A DNA stretch of 64,000 nucleotides from Leucoraja ocellata (taxonomy: Eukaryota). The notes under the pieces were generated by a model. The model worked only from the letters and a program-made list of their open reading frames with translations. It was not told where the DNA came from and made no database searches. The translations under genes were made by a program, and so were the position numbers. Position 1 is the stretch's first letter. The number at the start of each line of letters is the position of its first letter. Shown here in pieces: positions 19,001-29,344 of this stretch. The DNA lies in assembly GCA_036785375.1 (NCBI GenBank), contig JAWMAR010000341.1, positions 620,001 to 684,000 of the forward strand, read 5' to 3'.

Positions 19001-22000
19001 GGCAAGCGTGATCCTTGGCAGAGTCGAGGTTAGCGAGGAAGCGTTTGTTTTAGGCGTGGATCAGCCATTGAGTGAAGTACAGTTGGGGTCCATTGCAGTT
19101 GTGGGTGAGTGAGGCTCGGAGCAGCGGGAGAGTCAGAGCGAGGGCCTGCATCAGCAAAGTCACTTTCAGTACCTGGATCAAAAAAACCCTGGTTTGTGCA
19201 GACATGATTCTACTTCCTCATAACTATATTATTTTGATCAGGACAAGCCTATAGGCCTTCTATGGTTTGGAGGGGGGAGGGGGGGGGGGGGGGGTGCAGA
19301 GGGTGGAATGGGCCGATGAGAGTAGGGGCCCTGATGGTGATTAAGGAGTCCCACAGGACTCATTGGGACATGATGAGCCAGTCTTAAAGCAAGGAAGTAA
19401 TGCTGAGGCTTGTAAGGTGCTGGTGAAGCCACATTTGGAATATTGTGAGCCGTTTTGGACGCCATAATTGAAGAAGGATGTGCTGGCGTTGAGGTGTTTA
19501 ACATAGAAAGTATGTGTAGGAGTAGGCCATTCGGCCCTTCGATCCAACATCGCCATTCAATATGATCATGCCTGATCATCCCCAATCAACAACCCATGCC
19601 TGCCTTATCCCCATATCCTTTGATTCCACTAGCCCCTAGAGCTCTATTTAATTCTCTCTTAAGTTCATCCAGTGACTTGGCCTCCACTGCCCTCTGTGGC
19701 AGAGAATTCCACATATTCACAACTCTGGGTGAATAAGTTTTTTCTCACCTCAGTCTTAAATGGCCTCCCGTTTATTCTAAGACTGCGGCTCCTGGTTCTG
19801 GATTCGCCCAAAATTGGGAACACTTTTTCCTGCATCTCGCTTGTCCAGTCCTTTTATAATTTTATATGTTTCTATAAGATCCCCCTCATCCTTCTAAAGT
19901 CCAGTGAATACATGCCTAGTATTTTCAATCTTTCCTCATATGACAGTCCTGCCATCGCAGGGATCAATCAGCTGCACTGCCTCAATCACAAGGATGTCCT
20001 TCCTCAAATTAGGAGACCAAAACTGTACACAATACTCCAGATGTGGCCTTACCAGAGCCCTATACAACAGCAGAAGAACCTCTTTACTCCATTACTGAAA
20101 TCCTCTGGTTATGAAGGCCAACATTCCATTAGCTTTCTTCACTGCCTGCTGTACCTGCACGCCAACTTTCACTGCACCTCCCCCAGACCTAACCCCATTG
20201 AGATAATAATCTGCCCCCTTGTTTTTGCTGCCAAAATGGATAACCTCACATTTATCTATATTATACTGCATCTGCCCACTCACTCAACCTGTCCAGATCA
20301 CCCTGCAACCTCCTAACATCATCCTCTTCACAGTGCCACCCAGCTTTGTGTCATGTTCACACTCCACCCAGCTTTGTGTCCAAACATCCAGTGAATTGGC
20401 CTCCACTGCCTGTGGCAGAGAATTCCACAGATTCATAACTCTCTGGGTGAAAACGTTTTTTCCTCATCTCAGTCCTAAATAGCCTACTCCTTATTCATAA
20501 ATTGTAACCCCTGGTTCTGGACTCCCCCAACATCGGGACCATTTTTCCTGCATCTGCCCTGTCCAATCCTCTTAAGAATTTTATATGTTTCTATAAGATC
20601 CCCTCTCACCCTTCTAAATTCCAGCAAATACAAGCCCAGTCAACTCATTCTTTCATCATATGTCAGTCCCCCCAAATATTTGTTTAGTTTTAGTTTAAAG
20701 ATACAGCATGGAAACAAGCCCTTTGGCTCACCGAGTCTGCACCGACCAATGATCACCCATACACTATTTCTATACGATCCCAGTTTTGCTTCCTACACAC
20801 TTGGGGGCAATTTACAGAAGCCAATTAATCTACAAACATGCATGTCTTTGGCATGTGGGATGAAACCGGAGCACCTGGAGAAAACACAAGGTCACAGGGA
20901 AAACATACAAATTGTATACAGACTACACCCGTAGTCAGGATCAAACCCGTTTCTCTGGCGCTGTAAGGCAACAGCTCTACCGCTGATCCACTGTGCCAAG
21001 ATGGTCCAGAGGAGTTTTACGAGAATGACCCAGGAGATGATTGGATTAACATGTGAGGAGTTTTTGATGTTTCCGGGCCTGTACTCAATGGAGTTTTGAA
21101 GGATGAGGGGAGGGGTCTTATTGAAACCTACTGGATAATGAAAGGCCCAGAGTGGACGTGGAAAGGATGTTTCCAGTAATGGGAGAGTTGAGAGACACAG
21201 CCTGAGAAGAAAAAGACGTGCCTTCACAATGGAGACGAGGAAGAATTTCTTTAGCCAGAGATTCATTGCCACAGATGGCTATGAAGGCCAAGACATTGGC
21301 TATTTAAGAAGCAGAGATTGATTGAGAGATAAATGAGGATATTGCCAGGATGGAGAGTAGATGCAATATTTTACCCATATTAGGGGAATCAACAACCAGA
21401 GGACATAGGTTGAAGGGAAGAGGGGAAAGATTTAATAGGAATCTGAGGGGCAACATTTTCCACACACGACGGTGGTGGGTGTATGGAATGAGCTGCTGAA
21501 AGAGGTAGTTGAGGCAGAAACGATACCAACATTTAAAAGACATTTGGACAGGTATGTGCAGAGAAACGTTTAAGGGGATTTGGGCCAAAAGCAAGCAGGA
21601 GGACTAGTGCAGATGTGACATCTTGTGCAGATGTGGTCTAAAGGGCCTGTTTCCATGTTGTATGACTCTATGAATGCGTTTGAGAGGGAAAAATAGATGA
21701 GCCATGATTGAATGGTGGAGTAGACTCGATGGGCCAAATGGCTAAATTTTGCTCCTATGTCTTATGGTCAAAGGACAGAGCACCAGCAAAATTGTAGAAT
21801 GAAATTACACTATAAACGGAAGTCCAGAAGTAAACTGAATGCACAGTTAACCAAGAAATATTAATGCCAATTTATAGACAGCAAACTCCCACCATGAGCA
21901 CCTTATCTTAGAGAGTAAACATTGCTGACAACACTGGGGAGAACTTCCCTCTTCCTGACAACAGTTTCCTCTGGGTTTTTTACGCCCATCTCCCAAGATA

Positions 22001-23057
22001 AACCATGCATGCGCCAGTCTAACTATGCTATAACGATAAAATGGCGTAGCAGTGTTGCAGTCCTCTGCCCAGGTGGATAAACCTAGGTCTTGGGAACTCA
22101 AGTCGCTGCAGCGTGACGCAAGCCTCCAAGGTGAGAATGTAACCAATTAAGCTAAAGTGGACACCTTGAATTCTGCAGACAATTAGCAGGGGATTTAATG
22201 CAAAATAATTTGCAAACTTGCCCACCTTAGTTGTGGAGATATTCGTACCTGCTCCGAAGATCCTCTGAAAGGATGGGAACCATGACACTGCTTGAAGAAG
22301 TCATGGAAATAGAGGATTGACTGTCCTCAGTGCCTTGAGATGGGCTAAGAAAATGGTTTTGCTGGTGTGACTGCACCTTCCCAGCTGCTTGAATGTAATC
22401 CACATAATCCAGGTCGATGCGATTACTGGTCCTTAGTGCTGACGACTCTATATTTACAGCAATGGGAGGGAGCAGCTTGGTGTGCACCACTGGGGGCAGC
22501 TTCCTCCTGCCCGATGGCACTGGTTTATCAATGGCAGGTCCTTTGGGCTCCAGGTGGGGAGGGCTGTTCCAGAACTCTGTCATGCTGCCGGCTGATCTGC
22601 GGATCTCACAATCTCGCAGGCTGCTGCTGCTGCTGCTGCTGCTGCTACCCCGAGACAAGAGCTTCTGGGAAGCCGCTGCAGACCTCCTCTTGAGACCCAG
22701 CAAGGGGGAGCCCGAGAAATCTCCGTAGTGGGAGCCGCACGATGAGTCGGTATCGACTGGTTCCGAAGAGCTCTCCTGGCTGCTCCTGACCTTTGCTCTC
22801 CGGTTGACCTTCATGCTCTCCAGCGAGTGCAGGCGGAGCAGCCGGCTCTGCCGCGGAGGCTTCGGTTTCACCGGTGGTCGTGGGATTAAAGGCACCTCCA
22901 GTCCTTGCACCCCATGGCCCAACTCTTCCGAAGGGTATATCGCAGTGTCACCAAGGAATGGGGTGGATCCCTCCATGTCCTCTGGACAAACTCTGCTGTC
23001 CAACTCAGCGATCAGGTTTGAGGTGCCGTGCACCAGCAGTTCCATCTGGTCACTCAT
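9892..23057 (-). CDS. INPP5E: Inositol polyphosphate 5-phosphatase E, 642 aa; complement join(22249..23057,17977..18100,17075..17172,16176..16300,14715..14834,13774..13881,11716..11877,11250..11365,10293..10429,9892..10021)
   Basis: 5-phosphatase motifs [30 protein letters not shown]; C-terminal CaaX CSVS*; exon lengths sum to 1929 nt in frame; GT-AG throughout. Confidence 0.97.
10293..10429 (-). CDS. INPP5E: INPP5E exon ([14 protein letters not shown]...[19 protein letters not shown])
   Basis: cag|..|gtgag; 137 bp. Confidence 0.96.
11250..11365 (-). CDS. INPP5E: INPP5E exon ([38 protein letters not shown])
   Basis: cag|..|gtaag; 116 bp. Confidence 0.96.
11716..11877 (-). CDS. INPP5E: INPP5E exon ([19 protein letters not shown]...)
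   Basis: tag|..|gtagg; 162 bp; catalytic motif 1. Confidence 0.96.
12450..12640. repeat. Older palindromic Penelope-tail element
   Basis: gaactcagcaggtcaggcagcatctgtgg ... ccacagatgctgcctgacctgagttc. Confidence 0.6.
13774..13881 (-). CDS. INPP5E: INPP5E exon ([35 protein letters not shown])
   Basis: cag|..|gtgag; 108 bp. Confidence 0.95.
14715..14834 (-). CDS. INPP5E: INPP5E exon ([40 protein letters not shown])
   Basis: cag|..|gtaag; 120 bp. Confidence 0.95.
15857..16085 (+). mobile_element. HE1/V-SINE-like SINE
   Basis: Same architecture as 4345-4650, with internal deletions. Confidence 0.75.
16176..16300 (-). CDS. INPP5E: INPP5E exon ([13 protein letters not shown]...[11 protein letters not shown])
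   Basis: aag|..|gtgag; 125 bp. Confidence 0.95.
16609..16909 (-). mobile_element. Penelope pLTR-derived insertion with hammerhead core
   Basis: 10-bp TSD AGAGCACCTG (16599-16608, 16910-16919); core CTGAAGA-A-GGGT-TTCG-GCCC-GAAAC-GTC at 16737-16709. Confidence 0.75.
17075..17172 (-). CDS. INPP5E: INPP5E exon ([12 protein letters not shown]...[13 protein letters not shown])
   Basis: cag|..|gtaat; 98 bp. Confidence 0.95.
17443..17625. repeat. Palindromic Penelope-tail hairpin
   Basis: Inverted arms; TSD CCCT(T/A)TAAATCTTT at 17429-17442 and 17626-17639. Confidence 0.8.
17977..18100 (-). CDS. INPP5E: INPP5E exon ([41 protein letters not shown])
   Basis: cag|..|gtgag; 124 bp. Confidence 0.95.
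18290..19150 (-). mobile_element. Penelope-like element N-terminal ORF fragment
   Basis: [22 protein letters not shown]...[11 protein letters not shown], typical of the pre-RT region of vertebrate PLEs; GC-rich; no RT follows. Confidence 0.7.
19500..20670 (-). mobile_element. CR1-clade LINE 3' fragments (two overlapping copies)
   Basis: Minus-strand RT C-terminus ([24 protein letters not shown]) and tail gaagggccgaatggcctactcct. Confidence 0.85.
20680..21000 (-). mobile_element. HE1/V-SINE-like SINE
   Basis: Reverse complement of the 4345-4650 family. Confidence 0.75.
21002..21770 (+). mobile_element. CR1-clade LINE 3' fragments (continuation of 19375-19494)
   Basis: gtccagaggagttttacgagaatga...; CR1 3' tails. 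Confidence 0.75.
22249..23057 (-). CDS. INPP5E: INPP5E first coding exon (Pro/Ser-rich N-terminus)
   Basis: First in-frame ATG at 23057; ends ...[15 protein letters not shown]|gtacg; start codon choice inferred. Confidence 0.88.
22621..22646 (-). repeat. (AGC)n trinucleotide run encoding poly-Ser in INPP5E
   Basis: ctgctgctg... about 8 units on + strand; SSSSSSSSS in the protein. Confidence 0.85.
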
Positions 23058-23305
23058 TCTCACATAACAGTGAGACTTTCTAGCAAGCAAAGTGTGTGCA
23101 GTTGGGAACCACCTAATGTTAATGCCTCTCCCAGATTAGAAAAACACTTAGAGGTGCTCTGTTCCCACCGTCTGTGATCCTCTGTGCAGACTGCCACATC
23201 CTATGATATGTGTGGAGGGACCAGGCGAAATCAACAGCTTAAACAGGTGCAGTAGTGGAGTCCTGATTGGTTTCCAGAGGTTCCAGGGACGCCACACAAC
23301 AGCAC
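23058..23305 (-). other. INPP5E: Probable 5' UTR part of the first INPP5E coding exon
   Basis: Pyrimidine tract plus acceptor (gttctgtttgttttacgttag|GTGCTG) ending at 23306 on the minus strand. Confidence 0.5.
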
Positions 23306-25479
23306 CTAACGTAAAACAAACAGAACTGAGGACATTTGGAATGGATGGTATTACATTTATTTATGTAATGTCTTTAAAAAAAGACCTTCTAACTCAGAAG
23401 TGAGAGCATTGAACCCCAACTTCCATTTTGGTGATGGGTAAAGGATCCCAGGACATTTCGCAGAGGGAACACATGCCCATTGCTTGTGCAAATAAACGTG
23501 AAGAATGGGCATTAGATCAATAATGTAGATTTGATTGAGAGAAATTTTAATCTTTGTAAGTATAAAAATCAGAAACCGAGTCAAGAATGGACAAAAGATC
23601 TAGCAAGCAGATTCAGTTAAATCTCCCAAAAGCGACCTTGGCGGATGAAACTCAGTGTTCTGTCACCAGTTGGTGCTGGTCGTGTGTAATACTGTGCTCC
23701 ACCTTCTGTTGCCATCCACTGGGAGAGTGTAACCAAGGGCTTCCCTCCTCTCACCTCACCAAATGGCCCAACCCACGGTCTCACTGTACAAGTGTGCGTA
23801 GTAGTGCCACTTCCAACTCCCAGACGCACCTTTCTCGCGTCAGTCCAGCATCGCCGGAGTAGACATGAATGAATGATTTCATGAGGAGGCGCCCATCCGG
23901 GTGGGTTATTATGCATTGCCATGAAAGTCACCAGTGTGCCCTGTTTCTCGGGTGAACCGTTTCAGGATCTGTTGAGGAAAAAAACAACTAGAAAGTGTGC
24001 AGAGCAAAGTGACTGGGGGCGAGGGACTTCAATGTGAAAACATGAAAGAACCTGGAAATGATCACCTTGGCACAAAGGAGGGAAAAGACTGTTGAAAAAG
24101 AGGTGTTCAAAATCATGAAGGGGTTTAACAGGGCAAATAAGGAGGAGCAACTTCCATTGGTAGGAGAGTTATGAGTCAGAAAGTTGAAGAGGGGACTCAG
24201 TTATCATCTGCTGGCACTGCCTGTAAGCCTGGTGGTAGCACATTCAGATGGATACTTGTGGGGAACAATTTGCAGGGCATGGCAGAGCAGAGGGCTGAAT
24301 CGCTTCCTTCCTTGCTATCATTAGAATTTTTAGAAAAAAACATTTATAGATAAAACTGCCATTTACACAGGACTTTTCACAATATCCACATTCCATATGC
24401 ACGTTTTATTTCCAATTTCAGGTAACTCACAGCCCCTGTGTCCTGTTCTCTCTTCCCATCCACCCTGATCCTTTCACGCACATCTGGTCCTTCCCAGCTC
24501 CCTATTACTCCATTTATTTCCCATCCTCCACACCCACTCCATCTGACAATCACCCACACACCCTCCCACCCTGCATAATGAAAGATGAAAATAGTTGACC
24601 AAAAGCTTGCTCTAAAATCTGAATGCAGAGAGATTTGGAAAGGAACTTCCAGAACTCGGGGTTAGGAACATGGAAAGCCCATTGTGGAGCATATAAAACT
24701 GGGGACATGCATAAACTGGGTAACAGAGGTAATATCAGAGCTTCAGTCAGATCTCATATCCTCAAGTCTCTCTATCTTGAGTTGCTTAAGAGGCGAGAGG
24801 CACTTTTTTGGCATATGCTTTTGCCTTCAGGCTTGGTGCAACATTTAATATATTCTTGTACATGGGAAAGAATGAGTCACTGAAAGCATTTGAAGACTAA
24901 ATAATTCTGTAACAACTGTGTCCCCGGGAACCAGATTTGATCAACAAACACAGTAGTATTGAGTGATAAGGAGCTGGTATGAGTTGGGGTATAGGCACCC
25001 AAGTTTTGGATGAGCTGAGGGTGGATGATTAGAGCCTAACCAGGAGACAGACTTAGACCCTTTTCAGTTCTATACGCCTCAGGGCTACATCAGCTTAGCG
25101 ATTTATCGTCAAGAAATCAGGCTTGGTCCTATTTACCTGTGACCACCTCAAACCCCCCCTCACCTGCATCTACCCGAGACCTCCCTTAACCTGCATCCAC
25201 AACAGACCTCCCTCACCTGTATCTACTTCTGACCCCTTCTTACCTGTATCTACCGCAGATCTCCCCCTTATTCACCTCAAATTCCATCTCACCCGCCACA
25301 TTCCTGACGCTGTCCCGCCCCCGCCTCTTTTCCAGCTTTCTCTTCCCTACTACATTCAGTCTGAAGAGGGGTCCCGACCCGAAAAGTCGCCTATGTCTCA
25401 GTCAGTCTGTCTGCCTATCCCCACACCACAGACGCTGCCTGACCTAGTGCTTGACTCCAGCTCTCTCTCCTGCGGCTGG

Positions 25480-25950
25480 CTGGTGTCATGTCCCCCGCGG
25501 AGGGAGGCTGGCCTCAACCCCGGGAGAAGTGCGTCGCCTTGCCGCAGTAGCTGAGGGAGTGAGGGAGGGAGGGTTGGGAGCAGCCGGAGAGGGGGAGCGG
25601 GACTCGACCGACGGGTAAACACTTTAATCCGCGCTTCCCACCCCACCTACCTCCCTCACTCACTCACTCACACGCCGGCCCAGCTCCCCGCGCTGCCTGC
25701 CTCCCTCACACACACACACGCCGGCCCCGCTCCCCCACCTACCTCACTCACACACACGCCGGCCCCGCTCCCCGCGCTGCCTCTCCGCTCCCGACAGTCG
25801 GAGCCATGAAACAAGCGGCGGCCCCTAGCAACACGGTGCGGCGCGGGGCATGGCGGGCACGTGGAGGACCGGCCCGGAGGACAGCGGCGCTCGGTGGCTG
25901 CGCGGTGCATTTCGGGATGCTGGAGGACCCAGGGCAGCCCAGGGCGGTCA
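25480..25950 (-). promoter_or_regulatory. CpG island; probable INPP5E promoter and non-coding first exon
   Basis: Locally very GC/CpG-rich, about 2.5 kb upstream of the INPP5E ATG; minus-strand donor-like GAG|GTAGGT at ~25651 and ~25743. Confidence 0.7.
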
Positions 25951-26059
25951 TCTGTTATTGTTGAGGTTTATTATTGCCCTGTGTACAGTGAGAATCTGGA
26001 GCAAAGAGCTCCTCTATAATCTTTGATCTGGAGTGTGAAGAGGGGGCTCCACCCGAAAC

Positions 26060-26835
26060 ATTCCTTCCCACTATTGGCCACATCTTCCTCCTCCCCCCCC
26101 CCCCTCCACCTCCAGTTTAAATTCCATTTGGAATATTTTGGAGGACCAAGAAACAAGAACCCTTTCTGCTTGCCGCAGAGACCGTTCCCTCCGCAACTCC
26201 CTGGTCAACTCGTCCCTTCCCACCTAAACCACCCCCTCCCCAGGTACTTTCCCCTGCAACCGCAGGAGATGCACCGCCTGTCCCTTTACCTCCCCCCTCG
26301 ACTCCATCCAGGGATCCCCACTGTCTTTCCAGGTGAGGCAGAGGTTCACTTGCACCTCCTCCAACCTCATCTGCTGTATCCGCTGTTCCAGGTGTCAACT
26401 TCTTCTGTACATCGGCACTGGGCGATCGTTTCGCTGAACAACTCCACTCAGTCCACCTTAACCTACCTGATATCCCGGTTGCTCAGCACTTCAACTCCCC
26501 CTCCCAATCTGACCTTTCTGTCCTGTCCTCCATTGTCAGAGTGAAGCCCAGCACAAATTGGAGGAACAGCACCTCATATTTTGCTTGGGTAGCTTACACG
26601 CCAACGGTATGAACATTGACTTGTCTAACTTCAAATAGCCCTAGCTTTCCCTCTCTCTCCATCCCCTCCCCCTTCCCAGTTCTCCCACCAGACTTACTGT
26701 CCGACTACATTCTATCTGTCTTCCCCACTCCCCTGGCATCAGGTCTTCAGCAGGGTCTCGACCCAAACCGTCACCCATTCCTTCTCTCCAGAGATGCTGC
26801 CTGTCCCGCTGAGTTACTCCAGCATTTTGTGTCCT
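26060..26835 (+). mobile_element. Penelope-like retroelement 3' fragment: Cys linker, GIY-YIG endonuclease remnant and pLTR tail
   Basis: Frameshifted translation PCNRRRCTACP...TCTSSNLICCIRCSRC..LYIG / LGDRFAEQ...HFNSPS / EEQHLIFCLGSL..NGMN*; then degenerate hammerhead and gatgctgcc...gagttactccagca tail. Confidence 0.85.
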
Positions 26836-27194
26836 TGTCTACAGCAAGAAGCCTTGTTTTGTATGCTATCCAATTAGATCAGATAATACTCTACATAAAT
26901 ACAATCAAGCCTAACTCAAGTACAATAGGTATAGCAAAGGGGAAGATAGTTATAGTTCTCAGGATTGTAGCACAACAGTTCCAGCGAAAATGTCCAATGT
27001 CCACTACTTCATAAAGATGAATCGGACAGTAAATTAGGGTACGTATTTGAGCACTCCATTAAGGTTCATTGCACCAGTGTGTCTCCTGCCCATTCGAATA
27101 CAGGAACCCTTCACAAAGCCTTGCCATTTGATCAGCTGAGAAGGTTGTTGGCTGCAACCTTCACCTTTCCCTCCCCCAACCCCCCCCCCCCCCC

Positions 27195-27570
27195 CCTTGA
27201 CAAACTGTACACTGCAATTGCCAGGAAGCGAGCGGGTACAGTCATCTCTGACCTCTCTCACCCTGGCCACAAACTCTTTGAAGCACTTCCCTCTGGCAGG
27301 CGACTCCAGAGTGTCAAAGCCGCCACAGCCAGACATAAAAACAGCTTTTTTCCCCCACGAGCAGTAGCTCTACTCAATAACCAAAAGTCCATAAACTCCT
27401 TTTGCTCTGGTATTTTATCATTCACATGTTTAAACTATAATGTTTTATTCTTAATGTTTTATGTTTTATTCTTAATGGTTTACTCTATGTCGTCTTGTTA
27501 CTTGCGAGCGGAGCACCAAGGCAAATTTCTTGTATGTGTACATACTTAGCCAATAAACTTATTAATTCAC
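27195..27570 (+). mobile_element. Rex1/Babar- or L2-type LINE 3' end
   Basis: SDLSHPGHKLFEALPSGRRLQSVKAATARHKNSFFP then 3' tail ccaataaac. Confidence 0.7.
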
Positions 27571-28658
27571 ACAAAATAGCATTGCACGAGGTCAAGATTG
27601 AGCCTGGGCCTCTGACTCAGTGAGGCAATGTCTAATTAACATTGATCTGAATTGTTACTGCCTTGGTTTAATGTTTGAAAAGAGCACCATCTGTGCTGCC
27701 CTTCTCATATGTATGCACCTTCTCTTAGAGCCTTTACATCATCTAACTCCTTATCATCACCAGCATCTAGATCCAACAGAGGGTGATTTTTTTTAGTGTA
27801 TATTAGTTTGTTGCCATTTCTTCATTCAGGAGCTGTTTGGAACTAGACATTTATATGTCAAAAAGGTCTCAATTTTGAATCCCTCCCTCAGACATTCCTG
27901 AACAAGACATTTATTTGAACTGTAGTTTCTCGTAGTCAAATCCTCTGGTTGTAGTAAATTTCCCTTGAATTCTCTCCAGGGCTTTGCACTGTTAATAGAT
28001 TGCAACTAATAGGAGGTCTGCATCTTACGTTGTGCTTTTGTACTGCTGTTCCAAGGGCAGCTGGGTTTACATGGGGAAGCTCGATGGAAGTGCAGTCACT
28101 GTCTTACAACAAAATGCAGTCCCAGCAAATGGTTAAAAGTGTTCCAGAACGCAAAATATTTTATTTCATTTTACAGTGTGCATCCTTAAAACATAAGAAA
28201 ATAAACTCCTTAGGCAAGAAAGCCTCCGAATTTGAAATACTGTGCAGTCTTCACAAGAGAAATTAATTCTTTGGAATCAAAAAGTAGCGACATTGGGATA
28301 CAGTTAAAGACAGTGGGTCTGGGGGTTAGAATGGAGGCAAGAGGGTAAAGGGGGGGGGGGGTGGGGGGAGGAAAGAAAATCACATTGAAGGGCATTAGAT
28401 CAGCTGATTTCATTCTGTACATTACGATTCCAAAATTGCACTGTATTTTCATGGTGATTTTGTATGTTGCTGCCTAACATACAAATTTGCATATCACCTT
28501 CGGAATACTGTTGAATTTGAGGGACTTTCAGTTTGAGGCCACTGCCCCCAACTCCCTTCAAGTAGTTAGACATTTCTAACCACTTCCTGCCATGTCTGTC
28601 ACGCCATTTTCCAGAATAAGAGAGAGAGCGAGAGAACTTCTATATTACATCTCTAAAA

Positions 28659-28664
28659 TTTATT
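28659..28664 (-). terminator. Probable SEC16A polyadenylation signal AATAAA
   Basis: AATAAA on the minus strand about 610 nt after the stop, at the end of an AU-rich UTR-like stretch. Confidence 0.6.
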
Positions 28665-29275
28665 CACACAGTACTCCAGATATTTCAAAGTATTAATGTA
28701 CAACAGGTGGATCTGGCTATACAGTACTCTTTTACAACAGCCTTATATATTACCTAAATACAAATGGTCAGAGTCAATCTTTTAATTATTTCTATCTGTT
28801 AACCCTCCCTCGGAAATCCCCCCTCCAAAGAAAAACTTCAAGTACATTTTTGCTGTTTTGAAACAAATGCTACCGCCAACCTAAAATTTTGAGCCGGGCT
28901 CTTCTGGGTGTGCCATTATCTGCTTACGCCATTTAGACTTCACGGTAGACATTCTCACATTTACAGTCACATTCAAAGGGGACGCGTTTCTTTTTAAATC
29001 GCAATGCAATGTGACTGCAAGCCCTCCACATACAGCACCTCCCAATGTCTAGAAAAAACATTGTATTTTATACAGGGTCATATTCAATCCTTAGGCACCT
29101 CTCAACGAGGTTTGCAGCTCAAAAATTGTCCTGTCTTGGAGCCCTTACAATCTAATGTTTTTAAACGTACATCGGTCTGATTTAATCAACTGTATTTGCC
29201 CAGAACACATCACCTGCACCCATCCCTATTAAGGGTTTACAATATTATTTATTCCAGGGTTCGTTTTAGATTTCT

Positions 29276-29344
29276 TTATTTTAACGTTGGATATTTTCTT
29301 TGCCCGAACCGTCCTGATCGAGAAGCTGTAGTGCTGGCTGTGGG
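29276..29344 (-). CDS. SEC16A: SEC16A last coding exon ([22 protein letters not shown])
   Basis: cag|CCC; TAA at 29278-29276; resembles the vertebrate C-terminus GRIGQRK. Confidence 0.92.
   Translation of the reverse strand, partial: PTASTTASRSGRFGQRKYPTLK

Noticed and set aside
19672-20316. 214-aa ORF on the plus strand
   Set aside because: Antisense to a decayed CR1 RT fragment.
26023-26544. 173-aa ORF on the plus strand
   Set aside because: Off-frame reading of the Penelope remnant; the GIY-YIG frame is broken by deletions.
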